From Lytechinus pictus (taxonomy: Eukaryota), in NCBI RefSeq assembly GCF_037042905.1, contig NC_087251.1, positions 10,356,001 to 10,420,000 of the forward strand: a stretch of 64,000 nucleotides of DNA, written 5' to 3'. Below are positions 38,749-53,300 of the stretch, piece after piece. The notes below the pieces were generated by a model. That model had not been told where the DNA came from. It made no database searches and was given only the letters and a program-made list of their open reading frames with translations. The translations under genes and the position numbers were made by a program. Each line of letters begins with the position of its first letter. Positions within the stretch are counted from its first letter, which is position 1.

Positions 38749-41281
38749 AAGATAATCCATTGCCAAGATGCTTTAACCCTATAAAACTAGTAGACACGAT
38801 TCAAAATGCTGAAGTATTTGTTTTGTAAATATTATCTCTTGGTGCGTGATCTCAGTCAAGGATCTTAGATACTAACAAGACACATGCCATTCCCTTCCTC
38901 CTCCTCATCATGATGTTATGATCCTCTTTACAATGACCTTGTGCTTACAGTGCTTTGACGTCTTCTGCCATCCTTACAAAAGACTGCTTGTCGCTTTCCT
39001 TGAAATATAAATGAGAATTAAGATACTAGAAAAATAGAGTCATTTATAATTTCTCACTGTGATGATAATTGTACCTGTCTTAGTGACCAGCAAAATAAAA
39101 TGTGAGCAAAAAAAAACCCCAATTAGAGGGACAATATTGACCTAATATATAATCAAATGCTAGCAAGTTATAAAAAGTTCTTTTTTTATGTTGACAATTT
39201 CAGTGGACTAGTGTCCCTAACTTCCCAATCATGAAATAGCCAATAACTTGGAAAATATGTGAACCATCATAGTTCTATTACACGCATACATTGCAAATAT
39301 ACTGGAATAAATCATCTACCTTGCAAGAATTCTTTGGTAGACATTTTTAATTACGCTATAAAGCATTTAATAATATCATGGGCTTAGAAATATATCTGCT
39401 ATATATCTTGTGAAACTTTCCAGAAGAATATGAAGGTAACAAAAAGGTATAGGATATGTGTGTGCCATTACACTTAAGGACCGCATGGTTTTATAACGAC
39501 TAATAACATTTTGTGATGTACATATGGGACGATTAAGGAGCAGAGTACGAAGAAACTAGGCAAATCAGAAGAAACAAACAATAATTTTCATTATAATGGT
39601 GGTTTCTTATTTCTTAAGATTAAATCAACTCCTTTTTTCACATTGAGAGTAAAATGACAGGGTCTAGGAATACTTGAAGAAATCAAAGATTCCTTCACCC
39701 GAGGCCATCACTTCCTTAATAATTGCCTGCCTTCATCAAAACCGGAAAACACCTAAGCGTTGTAGCAAGGAAGCTTGTCGAGAAGCTCCACTTTTTTACA
39801 AACATCCGGCCCAATCCAATCATGATTCACTATCAATATCACCTTTACTCCTCAACGATATCATAAGAGGGAAAATCAGAATTACTTTGTGAAAGTGAGG
39901 GAGGGCAACTTCTTTTATGACAGTATTTCAGATTTGAAAAGAAAGATTATTTGATCTAATTTCCATTTGTTGACATAGAACTTTATTAAATGGATTTTTG
40001 ACAGGATTATTTTCAAAGGATGGAAGATTCTATAAAAGAAGATAAAATGTATCACAAATATACTGAGTGTGCACTTCTGTTGTTTGGAGCAGTGCTAACA
40101 TTGGCACTTTCAATTACAATTCAAGAATTTTTATGAAAAGCCTCTACATGTAAGGTAATAGACAATAGCAATGAATGCAATGCGTTTATAAAAGGTAAAT
40201 TTCTTTGAGTGAGTTGGTAGATGAAACTGTTCTCCATATTACTTTACTCTATCACTTGAAGTCTGTATGTTTATTGCTTATTCAAAGATATTGCTTTATT
40301 ACATCCAAGTTTCCCATGTAAAAAGAGATAATATCTAAAGTGGTGTTGGCAGTGTGTTAACTTTTGTTAGAAATATTTATCTGTGTTAGAAGTTACTTTT
40401 ATTGAATTAAAAAAAACCCTATTATACCCTCTTTACTGTAATGTTATATAAAGATATTATAATAATGCCAAAATGTTTTTTGGAATTTAACAAAATAAAT
40501 CATAAACATAGCAAAAACAAAATAAATAAAACATTTATTATGAGGACATCAAATACTTTGTATATATTTTTATACATGTCCTTATTCTTTGTTGCTGTTA
40601 TGAGTTTATATTCTTGATCTGTAATATCATAACATTATATGTTTATTTTATGCTACTATTGTTTTAAGACCACCATCATTGGTATGGATGAGTCAACCTG
40701 TCTGAATATCATAAATAAATAAACAAATAAATTAATAAATAAATAGATAAATAAATAAATAATGAATAAATAAATAGTACAACAAGCACAACAGAGTAAG
40801 CACAATCTTTTTGGAATATCTGAGAAATAATCACATTTTCTTGGAATACATGAAATTTTTGCCTCTTGCTGTAAAAACAATAGTTGACTCAGCTGGTAAC
40901 TCATCAAAATTTCCTTCACAGCTTAACCCACATTTTTATGTATCCTACTCATTATCATCTGATGATCAAAATAAATACATATAAACTTTCATTGTAAACT
41001 TATGCACAATGTATCTTAAGAACACAAACTCCATGTTTTTTGTCAGATACTGGGGAATATATTATAGACATTGATATTTCTCTTGAAACCCCAATTTAAA
41101 GCAGTATTGCCAGTTTATAGATAACCATAGAACGTGAAACCATTAAAATGTGTCATTTTCAAATTGTTTTGATATCTGGTTTCTCATTGTTCACTCTTTC
41201 CTCTAATATTTTTTCACCAAGATTTTTTTTTTTCTAAATCATAGAATTAAAACTTACTGACATTTTGTATCTTATTTTGAT

Positions 41282-41555
41282 CAGGGTGCATGTCATCAAC
41301 ATTTATCATCTGACAAGTCGTCAGATTGGACTACTTTCCTTGATTTTGATTGGCTGAAAGGCAATGTTACTATGGTAAATGTCAGGTTAAAACAGGACTT
41401 GTCAGATAAACCATTGTCCTTTCGTTATTGCATAAAAGTTACTACAATGGTAACTTTGCCATCAAATGGTAGCTTCCCTGAAATCCTTGATTCTGATTGG
41501 CTGATTAGGATTGTTACCATGACAGTTACCATCTCTTTTCTTTGGATGAGGGTTT
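41282..41555. mobile_element. Two adjacent short degenerate MITEs with a CCAAT/X-box core
   Basis: ccttgattttgattggctg...gttactatggtaa and ccttgattctgattggctg...gttaccatgacag. Related to 42080-42200 (reverse) and 54361-54509. Confidence 0.6.
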
Positions 41556-42079
41556 AATTTTTCTTCAAGATAAAGACATTTAAACTCAACAGCCCATATT
41601 CTGAACTAGTTATTAATCTACAGACTTCAGAATACATGCCTATAACTTTGTCATTTTCAAAAACTTCTTTTGATCAAGCATTTGCATTCTAGCTGTCTTT
41701 GCCTTTTTCTAGAGTGTTCTCTTTTCACCAGGGTTTCATTATCCTGAGATTCATTTTGTATTTGTGTTGTAAAAGACATACAACATGACACTGAAACTCC
41801 ATGTCAAAGGAAATATCCAAGGATTCACAAGAAGAATTATGGATGAAATTCAGTGTATAGACGTCATGAAACGTCTTAAGTTAATGGGAAATGAAGTCTA
41901 GAAATAAGAAACAGGATATTACACAGAGAGATAATTTAACCCATTGTATACTGGAACCGATAATTTTTTTTTCATTATTAAAATATGTTTTTGCACAGCA
42001 TGCATGATAACAAGATGAATTTCCATCTATGCACAATAACTTATCTGAGACGCATTTCAAGATAGGACTGTTTTATCGA

Positions 42080-42200
42080 CAATACTGGACTTATCTGATA
42101 ATTACCATAGTAACAATGCTTCTCAGCCAATCAAAATCAAGGAAAGTTGTCAGATCTGACAACATGGCAGATGCCAAATGTACATAAAACACTCCCCAGG
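42080..42200 (-). mobile_element. Reverse copy of the short MITE at 41282-41410
   Basis: ttaccatagtaacaatgcttctcagccaatcaaaatcaaggaaagttgtcagatctgacaac is the reverse complement of the 41310-41380 core. Confidence 0.7.
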
Positions 42201-43664
42201 TAGTAAAATAAAGGCAGATTTCAGGCTTATCCTTATGTTTGTATTGCTTGTAATAATGTGGAAGGGAAGATTGCTTTAACGGTAGTAAAAAAAAACAAAA
42301 TTGTACATGACACATGGAGGAAAAAAAATAATTGAAGAAGATTACCTACAGCAATTGACAGCTTGTGAATCCCAAAACCATTTGTGCTGACGCTTGATTA
42401 TTAAACGCATAATGTTTTAATTTCATTATAATCATAGAATCTAATATGCACTCAGAACACATATCTTTTCCAATTAAATGCAATTTATGAGTTGTCAACA
42501 ATGAATTCATTCAAGATAAAGTAAATAATCAGCCCCATAAACAGATGAAATATATATCCACTGACAGTGACCCAAATTCAGATTGCTGTATATAACCCAT
42601 CATAAAGGAATAACAGGAGGGTTACCAAGGAGGGTTATAGTGGGTCCATTATCCAATTTACTCAACAAGATTTTGATCTCATACCAGTCTGTTTTTATTA
42701 ACTCAGAAACACAAAACTTATCTGTATAAAAGAAGAAAGAAATAAAGCCCTGCAATAACAATGCATGGAATTAAATGAAGTTTAAGCATGACAAATTAAG
42801 TGTAAGATTGGAATAAGGTTATCACTTTCCAGGCTGATAGAATAAGAAAACAGGTTCTGAGAATGATAGCCTAGTGACCTAAATATGATCAGCTAAAAAA
42901 ACAGAGTATCTTGGATAAATAATTTTCAATCTCCCTGATGAGATACTGAGATAAAACATCCTAAAATGAGTAAAAGCATTAGGGTACTAAGAAATTCTCA
43001 TTATACAGACGATCTGAGGAGAGTGTGTTTAAAAATAGATGAATTCATAAAAGCAAACAGGTCTTGAATTTAAGTGGAGCATGACAAAAGATCAACAAGT
43101 CTGTTATTCATCTGATAAACACCATTAAAGGCTTGTTGTAAGCAGAGGCTGGTTCAGTCTTGGATTTATATTCAACAAGACATCACAAAATACCTTATTT
43201 TTATGCTCGAATATGATATTATGCATGATTAAAAGTATTTATTTTCTGTTGCATCTGGAAATCGGTGTCCCGGGGGGCCGGCCCGAATCCAGTTGCAACC
43301 TTGACGAGAATTACGAGGATTAGCTTCGAAAACGGACCTGGTCCGTAAGTGTGCCTGTTTACATCACAGCATTTTTCCTCCCCTCTCTGGAACATGGACG
43401 CACGGGTCGAGCTGCATGTAAAGAAATGAAAGAGTGGGATATGGGACCACTAGGTTTTTTTGTTTGATAACATGATGTTATCAATTTATTTTTTTTTCTA
43501 AAAATCAAATATACAATAACAATAAGTCTCCTAAGCAATTTATACAATCACTCATACCTTTTTGGATGTATTGTAGGTTTGTGATTATTGTACAGAAGTA
43601 AATGATATGCCTGTATTGCAATATTATCTTATTCACGATACTTTGCATTCCACTCCCTTTACTT

Positions 43665-43732
43665 CTCTTTCCTCTTCTTCTTCTCCTCCTTCTTCCTCTT
43701 CTTTTCCTTCTTCTTCCTCTTCCTTTTTCTTC
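43665..43732. repeat. (CTT/CCT)n low-complexity tract
   Basis: Pyrimidine trinucleotide run. Confidence 0.85.
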
Positions 43733-46700
43733 ACTGATTTTCTAGATGTAGCAGGGGTCTTAGTAACTCTCAACATGGAATTAATCAGAAGCAATTGTAT
43801 GCTTTTGAACAAAACATAATAAATAAAATTTAAAAAACCTGGCAATTGTATTGTATTGTACACAAATATGTATTCCTGATTGGCAGAAAATCAACGGGAA
43901 TATAATCTTTAAGTTTGATTCTAACTCTTCTGCAATGTACTCTTGTGTTAGTTCAAAGAAAAAATAATGATGAAAATCTTCTATAAAAAATCTTATGACC
44001 ATGTTCTAATAGCAAATGACCAGATAGTTGGCAAAAATTTGTGAAAAGATCCTTCTTCTTCTTCGTCTTCTTCTCCTCCCTTTATACCATTCTTTGTATA
44101 TTTGACATGAAATGTTGCAAGATATATTATTTATGTTAATTGTGTAGAATGTTTACTTATGTGCTTATTTGCAATTTTAATAATAATTTATGATGTACTG
44201 GGGTTTTGGCTTCATCTCTTTAGTCTCTGCGGCCATGCTCTACCCCATTCTCTCTCTCTCTCTCAATTTTCTTATAATGCATTCCTTTTCTACTGCTGTC
44301 TCTCCCTGCTCCCTCACTTTTCTCTCTCCGATCAATCTCCTTGTATTACTTTCTGAAATACATAGATCTACATATTGTAAGTTGATTCTAAAGTTGATGC
44401 AATTCTATCTTTAAAACTTACAATTCTACATACTGTACTTTGATCTATGTAATTTTCATTTGTAATGGCATTGCAAATTGGCCCTTTCAGCTCTTCTGTT
44501 GGCTAATATTTATCTGTGTATGCCATTGAATAATAAATAATATCCTTACTATACATTATATTATTGATTACTGGAAAGAAATATATTTAATACAGCATTA
44601 TCATGCTCAGGGAAAGCTATCCACTTAATAATAGTAATATATATGGAATTTGTAATGCGCCAAATCCACTTGGCAGAGTGCCAAAGCCGCAGTAAAAGAC
44701 AGAAAGAAAGAGAAAAGTACAATACAAGACAATGATTAAGACAATTTCTCAATTCATGCAATTAAAAACAGTGTCTATTTATAAGAAATCACATTCATTT
44801 TATTTATGTATCAAGCAAAATTTGAATATAAAGCATTAAACAAGAAGTGTCAACTTCATAGTTTGATGAGAACTCCTGAGTAACTCGTAAGCAATAAATT
44901 TAAAAAGTACATAATATTAAAGGGCTGCTGACTTTAGCTCATCGTCATATTTCTTTCAAATAGGACTCTATAATTTTCATCTAGAACCTTCCCAAAAATA
45001 TGGGGCACTAACTATACGACTTAATTGAAATATGAAAGTACAGGTGATAAACGGTCAAGTATTTGGTACTTGAAGAAGGTGAAATTGATGTAGGGTGTAG
45101 GGTATCTGCAAAGATATGATGAGAATGAGATGACTGGCAATTTGATACACTCTTGACATACATTGGAAAGAACTTTTCAAGAATGATTGGAAAAGAATAT
45201 TGAACTTTCAGCACTTCACCTGCTTTGAGATCAACTCAGCAGTGCACAACAATCTATGCACAACTAGAACGGTGGTGGGTGGAGTATACAATAAAAAAAA
45301 AACTTTAAGAGGGGGGGGGGGAGATGAAATAGTAAACCCTTCATCACAGCTACAGCCATTTTCCACTACAAAGATGTTCCATCAATAGAATAACATGTGA
45401 TTAATAAAAATAAATATCCATGGACTGATATTAAAAATTTGGGATTTTGAATTTTCTAAATTGATTATTACTAATAAATCTAGGGAGTATCACTATCAAT
45501 TTTGAAATTAAGGGAATTTCTGTAATCAATCCTCAGCATTTTCAAACAGCTTTCTAAATATCTTTTCAGTCTCACTGAAGCTGATTAAAAAAATACTTTG
45601 TATGGGGCGTACGTAGCTATACATTACTGGAACAGCCTTGCATTACATCTACTCCAAAAATTTCAATTAGTCAAAATAAAATCAACTGATTCTCTTCTTT
45701 CTTTTCTATGTTTTAAAAGGCATCTCAGTACTTAGAGAGCCAATGATTAGCGTACGCAGCCCTTGAGGTGAAGTGAGATACAATCTCACATTTCGGCTTT
45801 TACGGTAAGTAATAACATCCAACGGAAAGTTCATTGAGAAAAAGTCCAGATGGAAGATATCCAGGGGCTTCCAATGATGTAGATACCATCAAATGATTAA
45901 CCAATACTCTACCTGACAAAGTAGTCACTGATTTTATTTGATGTAGTTGAATTAATCACATTACATACTGTATGGTGTCTGCTAATTGGCCCATTCACTT
46001 AATTCTACTTCAATTTTCGTTACTAATTATGATTATAAAAAGATGAGAGAAAGATGATATGTAAATCTGAAGAATCAATGGTAGAAAGAGAGAGAGATAG
46101 AGGCTGAGGAGTAAGGGGAAGGCAAAGTGCTGGGAAATATCTGATCACATTCTTTATGTGGGGAGGGGGGGGGGCACCATTTATCATAAAAGTACAGCTA
46201 TACAATAATTTTGGAAATACAATATCTGAATTTCATTAAGATTAAGGTCACAAAGTGGTTTAAATCATTTCATCAACAACAATCAAATTGAGATCATTAA
46301 TACAGGATACATTCACCCTAAGCAATTAAATCAATCTCCATTAGAACAAAAAAGTGCACTCACCATGAGGGCTTTGGTATGAGCAGATGGGGTAGTCAAG
46401 GCATCCATGGGGGGAATGGAAAGTCCTGAAAGATAAGAAGAGTAGTACTTAACCTTTTTGTGGTGAATCTTTTCATCAAAGCATTAACAATTTCCCCATT
46501 ATGTAACACTAATGTTTATTCAAATTACAAAATCTCCTTCTTTTGATAGTTTTTTCTGTTATCAATGTCTTTTTTTTCAATGATCTTGATGTGCATTAGA
46601 CATTAATTTTAATTAAAATAAAAATGTATTGTATTGTTGAAGTTAGCATCATCAGAGCACATTCAGATGTTGAATGATTTCATTGGGCTTTATGAAACCA

Positions 46701-48012
46701 TAGGAAAAATGATAGGTCCAACCTCTTATTTCAATAGTAATGATGGTCATGATGATGATGATGATAATAATAATTTTCATATATCACAACACACAAAGCT
46801 ATAAATCCTTTACGAAAGTAAAAAAAAAAAAGTAAGGTAAAAGATGCATAATTTGTTCTATAACCCTTTGTAGTGATACTGGACCACTCTATGATTAATG
46901 AATCTACTCAGATTGTCAAGTGTTTTTTTATCTCAATTTATCTGGCAAAAGGAAAAGTAGGGACTTAATAGGATGAAGCAGTGTTTGTAAAACATACATG
47001 TGACTGTCTACAAGACTTTTTCATGACTGAAAAGAAGAAACTTTTTAATCACTTTTCATCTGTTATTGTAATAAAAGGTAGATACATTTGATATTCTACT
47101 TTATTTGTCAAGATGCTGTATTGTAACATTTCCGAGTGCCCCCCCCCAAAAAAAAAAGAACTTATGAAAGCAAATCAACAGAATCAACAAACAGATCATG
47201 TGGGTATTTTTATTTCATTTATCATTTTAAATGCAATTGATTGATCTCGCATACTCGGATTGGATATTTATCAAATAACCTTGCTCAATCTTTGTGGGTA
47301 AACTCCATGTTATTTTCTACCAAAAAACCCCCCCAAAACACAACATACATAAAAAGAGGACAGGAGCCAAAAGGAACAAGAGTAGTATATCAATTATAAC
47401 TAATTTGCAGAACCTGAACTCCAGATAGATGGCACTTACTACACTATTATTCATTTTGTTGCAGTTTTTTTGATACTCATTAAAAAAATAAATTCTATGA
47501 AAAGGGCCTCAAAACAGGAAATTGAATAGAAAATGGGCATTGACATCTAACTACACAACCTTCATCAAAGGATATGAACTGTCACTTGGAGTGAATAGGC
47601 AAAGACAAGGTATAATAATTGTACACCACTAACACAAGAAAATGCAAGGGCAAACTAGTCTCAATATTTAATAACACCTTCTATTGCTTTGAACTTTTTC
47701 TCTATTATATACTGTACCCCCAAAGGAGAGAAAAGTTGAAGATAATTACTTGTTTGGTATATTAAAGCTTGTTTGAATATATTAATCATTCCAATTTCTA
47801 AAACCGTGTCAAGAATGTTTGACAAGTGGTGATGGATTTTATTTATGTTACCATCCAGAACCCTGTAAAATAAAGGCTTGCAATCAATTGCAATATGAAG
47901 ATATCCAATCAAGATCACCCTTCCATACACATATTGTTTAACATACTCACTATCAACCAATTAGATTCATTGATTGAAAGAGGCAAGTGATCACAATTCT
48001 TTGATTGGGTGG

Positions 48013-48177
48013 GTGTTTCATAAAGCTGTTCGTAAGTTACGAGTGACTTTACGAACGAATGGTGAACCTTTGTTATGGTATATGATAGACATCAGATTTT
48101 TCATGGGTGTTGATGTAGTTCCTACAAAAGAGTCACCGTCAGTCTTTTCGTAACTTACGAACAGCTTAAAGAAACAC
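48013..48177. mobile_element. Short MITE (165 bp)
   Basis: ~30-bp TIR gtgtttcataaagctgttcgtaagttacga / tcgtaacttacgaacagcttaaagaaacac. Confidence 0.85.
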
Positions 48178-49009
48178 TTATTTGGAATGAGGTAGTGGTG
48201 GTGTCTTTTTTTTTTTTTTTTTAACTTTAGAGCATGAATGCTTGATAGCAAGTTACCAGAGGACTGATTCATCTGTGAGAAGCACTGCTCTACCAACTGA
48301 GCCATCATACCACCTTTTAATCATCATGCCTCCATATAGGCCCTATTGCTTTAGCATTCTTCATTGTGCACCACATTATGATGTATTAGGATGAGCTGGA
48401 GGGTATGTATTCCTAGGGAATGACCAATATCCATATCAAGTACCAAGATGTGAGGGGAAATCAAAAGGCATGGAGAGCTGTCTGAGAGGGGACGGTATCC
48501 CGCCCTACTGTAAATGGGCTGATACTTAGCGTCGCCATGTAAATAACATGATGGGGCTATAAGCATCACCAAGTGGAGTGGATGAAGGGGGCACAAAGAA
48601 TTTGAATTGGCAATTTATCCATATCCAAGATCGATTATTTTCATTTTAATTTCTTCTTAGAAACCACTTCCATACATGAATTAAGTTCCGGTGATCATAC
48701 ATTGAAATTGGTTTTATTTATGAGTCATAAGTTGCATATATCTTTCTAAAATACATGTATAAACTCAAGTTAAACATTGTAAGGGTACTGTAGTGTGGTA
48801 CAAGGCATTAAAAAATACAAAATTGGTTATGCTGTTACCAAACACTTCATTATATAATTATCTGTGACATAGATATTTATGTGTTGCTGTACTTCATTAT
48901 GCAGTGTCTCAATGAATTTTGTGCACTACATACAAGAAAGCAAAAGGAGAAGATGAACAACGCTTAAACAAAATAATTCTTAACTTTGGCCATCATTAAA
49001 TATAATGAA

Positions 49010-50352
49010 ATATTAGATAGCCAAGACAGATAGCCAAGCGCGATTGGTCCATAGCGTGTCACGTGATATTATCGAAATCAATGTATTTTCCAGCCGGTTC
49101 ACCTTCGATGAATATATTCTTCGTGTATGGCGCCCTCTTGTGGATTAGATGTTACCAATTACACGGAAATAACATATGTGAGGCTAAAGTAGCATTCTTT
49201 TGCAATCGATCAACACTCGATATCAATTGGAATAAATCAATTTTCGAACCGGACCGCCGAATTTAAGTGAGTCCAACGACGACGAGTTAGGTTTAACGTT
49301 AGGCCTTCTTCAGGTACTAAAATGGAGTATATAGATTTGTGTAGACAGGAATAACCGTCATTTCTGAAATTCTGGGGATTTATTTAACAATTTCTGGATA
49401 TGTATTGGTGAGTGGAGCCAATATCGCCAGATAGAGACTGAAGAAGCTTAAATTAGACCTAGACTAGTCTAGTTAGTTTTAAAACTTTTAGATCCAGACT
49501 TTTGGACTTGGTCTATTAACGTCAAAGATTTGTGTGATGTGTGATGTCTGATGAGCAATGAGGAATAAGATCAGCTTTTGGACAATAAAATTGGGTAAGT
49601 AGATAGATCTAGATCTAACGTTAGATCTACATTATAAATAAGTTCTAGACTTATGTTAGACCTATTTTTTTTAGATCTAATGATAGATCTAGGGCCAGGC
49701 TTGATTCTATCGTTAAAAGTTAGAGAAATCTAATGTTAATCTTGCTAACTTCAACGACAACGTAAGTTAACATTAGTGTTGACAAAACATTAACAGTTAC
49801 ATCTAGATCTAACGTACTTGTTAGTTAGATTTGGTCCTGGACCTGGTTCGACAACAAAAAGGTCCGGACCACCACCAACAGTAGTCTGACCTAGATCTAG
49901 ACCTCTAGTCATGTTTATCTCATCCCCAATTAATCTGCACCTGATCATTGCTCAACATGCACATGCATTCGATCTGCCTTGGGTGGGTCCTGGGCCTGGA
50001 CCGGACTCTAAATTAGATCTAGATCTAGGCCTAAACAAACTTGATTTTGATTAGAAAAGGGTCATTCATTACGTTAGGCTAACGTTACTTAGATCTATAC
50101 CAGTTCCATCAGTCACTTAATATGCACGCATCGCAGACCTAACTTTAGATCTAAGGTTAGATCTATATCTTCATCATTCAAGGCTATCTAATATAACAGA
50201 TATTGACTGATGGGGTGTGTAAAAAAAACATTCTTTGGAATGCCTAAAGGATTTACATTTTCCCTCAGCGCTGTGCGCTTCAGGAAAATATAAATCCGGC
50301 AGTCAAAAGAATGTTTATATTACACACCCCATCAGTCAATATCTGTATATTA
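49010..50352 (+). mobile_element. Crypton-like non-autonomous element
   Basis: ATATTA direct repeat at both tips. atattagatagcc (49010-49022) is the exact reverse complement of 50182-50194. Terminal hairpin 50196-50346 has perfect 27-bp outer arms. Confidence 0.75.
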
Positions 50353-53300
50353 TCATAGGAAAGAATAGCCTTTGTTTTGCACCTATTTGCAATTGTGATC
50401 ATGCATGCCTGAATGATTATAAATGATTTATTATTTTCTGACCTTTCTGTGATAGCCTTTCATTTGATGGAATTCTGACATTTTTTTTTTTTTCATTTTG
50501 ACAGTATATTAAGTATGAACCTATTGCAACCCCTATACAAAAGTTAATGATGCAACAGTATTTTGAAATTAATTCATCCAAAACTGTTTGCAAGAAGAGT
50601 ATATACTGATTGAAATACAAAGCATTGTAAATCCTGTAAAAACATATCATCTCATCTCAGGAAATAAAAAAGTCATGTTCATTAAAGCATTGCAAGCTAA
50701 GAATGATAAAAAGGGTTTAAATATCAGTGCATGTTTGCCTTTTTTTATCTGTTTGCACCTTCTCATCTGTCTCTGTCTCTGTTTTTCTCCTTTTCTCTTT
50801 CTCCTTCCTTTCTCACACTATTTTCTGTTAAGAGGATTCATTACCAGTAATGAGAAATTCTAAATTCTTGATTATTATTCACTTTCAATGATTTAACAGA
50901 ATTGTGTTTTGGGGGCCCATTTACTAATTACCTCCCGAGTCTCTCTTTTCCTGGGAAAATTTGAGAAAAATATATTCTCTTGAAACTGTTCCAAGAGCAG
51001 AGATGCTTTTGGTCAAACTCACAGCACCAGAACAATCTGAGCAGAAAAGATGGTCAAATAATAATGATTATAATATACAACATTTATAAAGGTATTAATA
51101 AAATAGTGAATTGTTTGAGTAAGTTAAATTGGTTAATTATACAATTACGACTATGACAGGTAGAAGATAGTTAGGTTCTCATTTTTCATTCTTTCACCCT
51201 AAATGCCTTGCAGCCTTCCCAGTCAAGCCAATGCAATCCAATCGATGAATTGTAAAGGCAATAATAAATGTTTCAACTTAACTTGTTAATTTTATTTTGT
51301 GAATTCAACATTGCACTCTACATTGTATATTGAGGAAAAATTATATTCCATATCATGGAAATCTTACTTTTGTAACACAAGCATTAACAAAGCATGAGTG
51401 ATCAGGAGATCATGATAAAAACTAAATTGCCTGATATATTTCACAATCTACTAAAGGTTTTTGCATATTGATAACATGATTTCTATATTTCCACATTCAA
51501 AGATGAGTCATTCTCATTTTCTTGGATAAAGGAATTAGCAAAGCACTTTCATCAGATAATTCACATAGAGAGTGCATAATATGTAATAACACAACCCTGA
51601 TCAGTCCCATCTGATTTATTTTACATCAGATTTTCCTTTGATTACGAGACTAAACAAGAGGGAACACATTCCCATTCACAGAAAACTACCCACGCCTTTT
51701 TTCTCCTAACAATAGGTCAACTACCTCTAGACTCTTTCAATTACAATCCTGAAGAGATCAAATGCATTTATATTCGCCGCCACCTCCACACATTTTGGCC
51801 CTATTTGCCTGATTGGAAAACTATAACCACAGGATACGACCAAAGAAGAGAAGTCTACTTTGCAAAATAAGCCCACAAAGCAGAATATAAAAAGGGATAT
51901 TTCATTTGGATAGCACCAATTCCCCTTTCTCTCTCTCCCTATCTTTTCATCCCCTTTGGACGCACAAACATGCGCAAACATCAGAGGATTTCTACGTCAA
52001 TCTCGTTTGTGCTCCCACGTGGTTTACGTGCAGCAACATGAAATGGAATACAGTCTCAGATGATCTGTTGCGCTCATAAATTGTGCCATTAAGATGGAGA
52101 GCAAGAAGGTGTTAGAGAAAACAATTCTTTTCCCCAGTGTTTATCCCAATGGGATCATTGAGTTACATCATTGTATCTAGCAGATACTTTATCATATGTC
52201 AGATTTCTATGAAATTGAACAGAATCTATAAAGTATATCTAATCTATGATGAGCACTCACCATTACATACATGAAGATGTATGGTTTATTATATATCAGT
52301 TGAACGATGATATTAATACAGGCTCTTTTTGTTAAATGCAGTAAGGAATATATAATACTCAACAAATCATTCATATTTTTCAATATACCCAAATGTAAAA
52401 GTGCATTAAATATCAGGTAAGTAACAATTTAATTTTTCCCCAACCTGTGATCTATTAATAAATCACAAATTTGGATAAAGATCTTCATAATTACTTATCC
52501 AGGACTAGATTCCAACTTCTTCTTTCAAGCCGGACTTTGAAGAAAACCCTTAAATCTATAACATTAGGCTTAAATTATGTAACATGGGCTCATGTGTTTA
52601 AAAGGCATGTAATATCATTTCAAGCATAATTAAATAAATGGACAATACATCACAAATAAGCACTAAGTGAATCTCTGATACTTCGATCTCACATCGTTAT
52701 GTTGAGAAGCTATCTTAGACCCCATTTACAGTGAAAGAAAAGCAGTGCCAAGCTTGCATAATTTTCAGTGTAAACGCTCAAAAGGCCAAACGCAGTACAA
52801 ATGCGATTCGGCCTGGTACTACACTGTGACCACCTCTGGCCACCAAATAATTACATGTTTACATGTAGAGTGTCACTACAACAGAATATTGAAAGGTTGA
52901 AATTTAGGTCTGGCTAAGACTGCCGCTGTAAGCACACACAAATGGTCTCACTTGTCAATATCGGCAAAGTCTTGTCCGCAAGAATGAGCAAAATTGTCAT
53001 TTAGATAACTTCACATCTACTGTAGATCGTGTGTGAAGAAGGCAAAAAAATTCATAGAACATGGATATGAATGGAAATGTCACTTTGATATTTAAAAAGA
53101 AATGAATGGACAGCATGTCTGCACATGTCAATATTGATGAAAAGACTGCCCCATGCAGGATGAGAAAACTTGCATCCAGGATGAAAGAAGGCAACTGAAA
53201 TGAAGAGAGCGGGAGAGGGAGAGATGTGCCTACAGGAAAAGAAGAGGGGAAAAGACAGTGAGAGAGAGGAGGAAATCCTATGACAGGCTATCTGGAACTT

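Noticed and set aside
38157..38797. 190-aa and 86-aa Cys/His/Val-rich ORFs
   Set aside because: Produced by the tgaacacact subterminal repeats.
42930..42965. Hammerhead ribozyme at CTGATGA
   Set aside because: No stem II followed by GAAA and no closing helices.
43262..43350. GC-rich patch as HDV-like ribozyme or exon
   Set aside because: Could not assemble P1-P4 pairings or the catalytic J4/2 strand. The GTAAGT donor lacks a matching acceptor.
47661..47960. 99-aa ORF as retroelement remnant
   Set aside because: Only a vague resemblance, with no RT or endonuclease motif.
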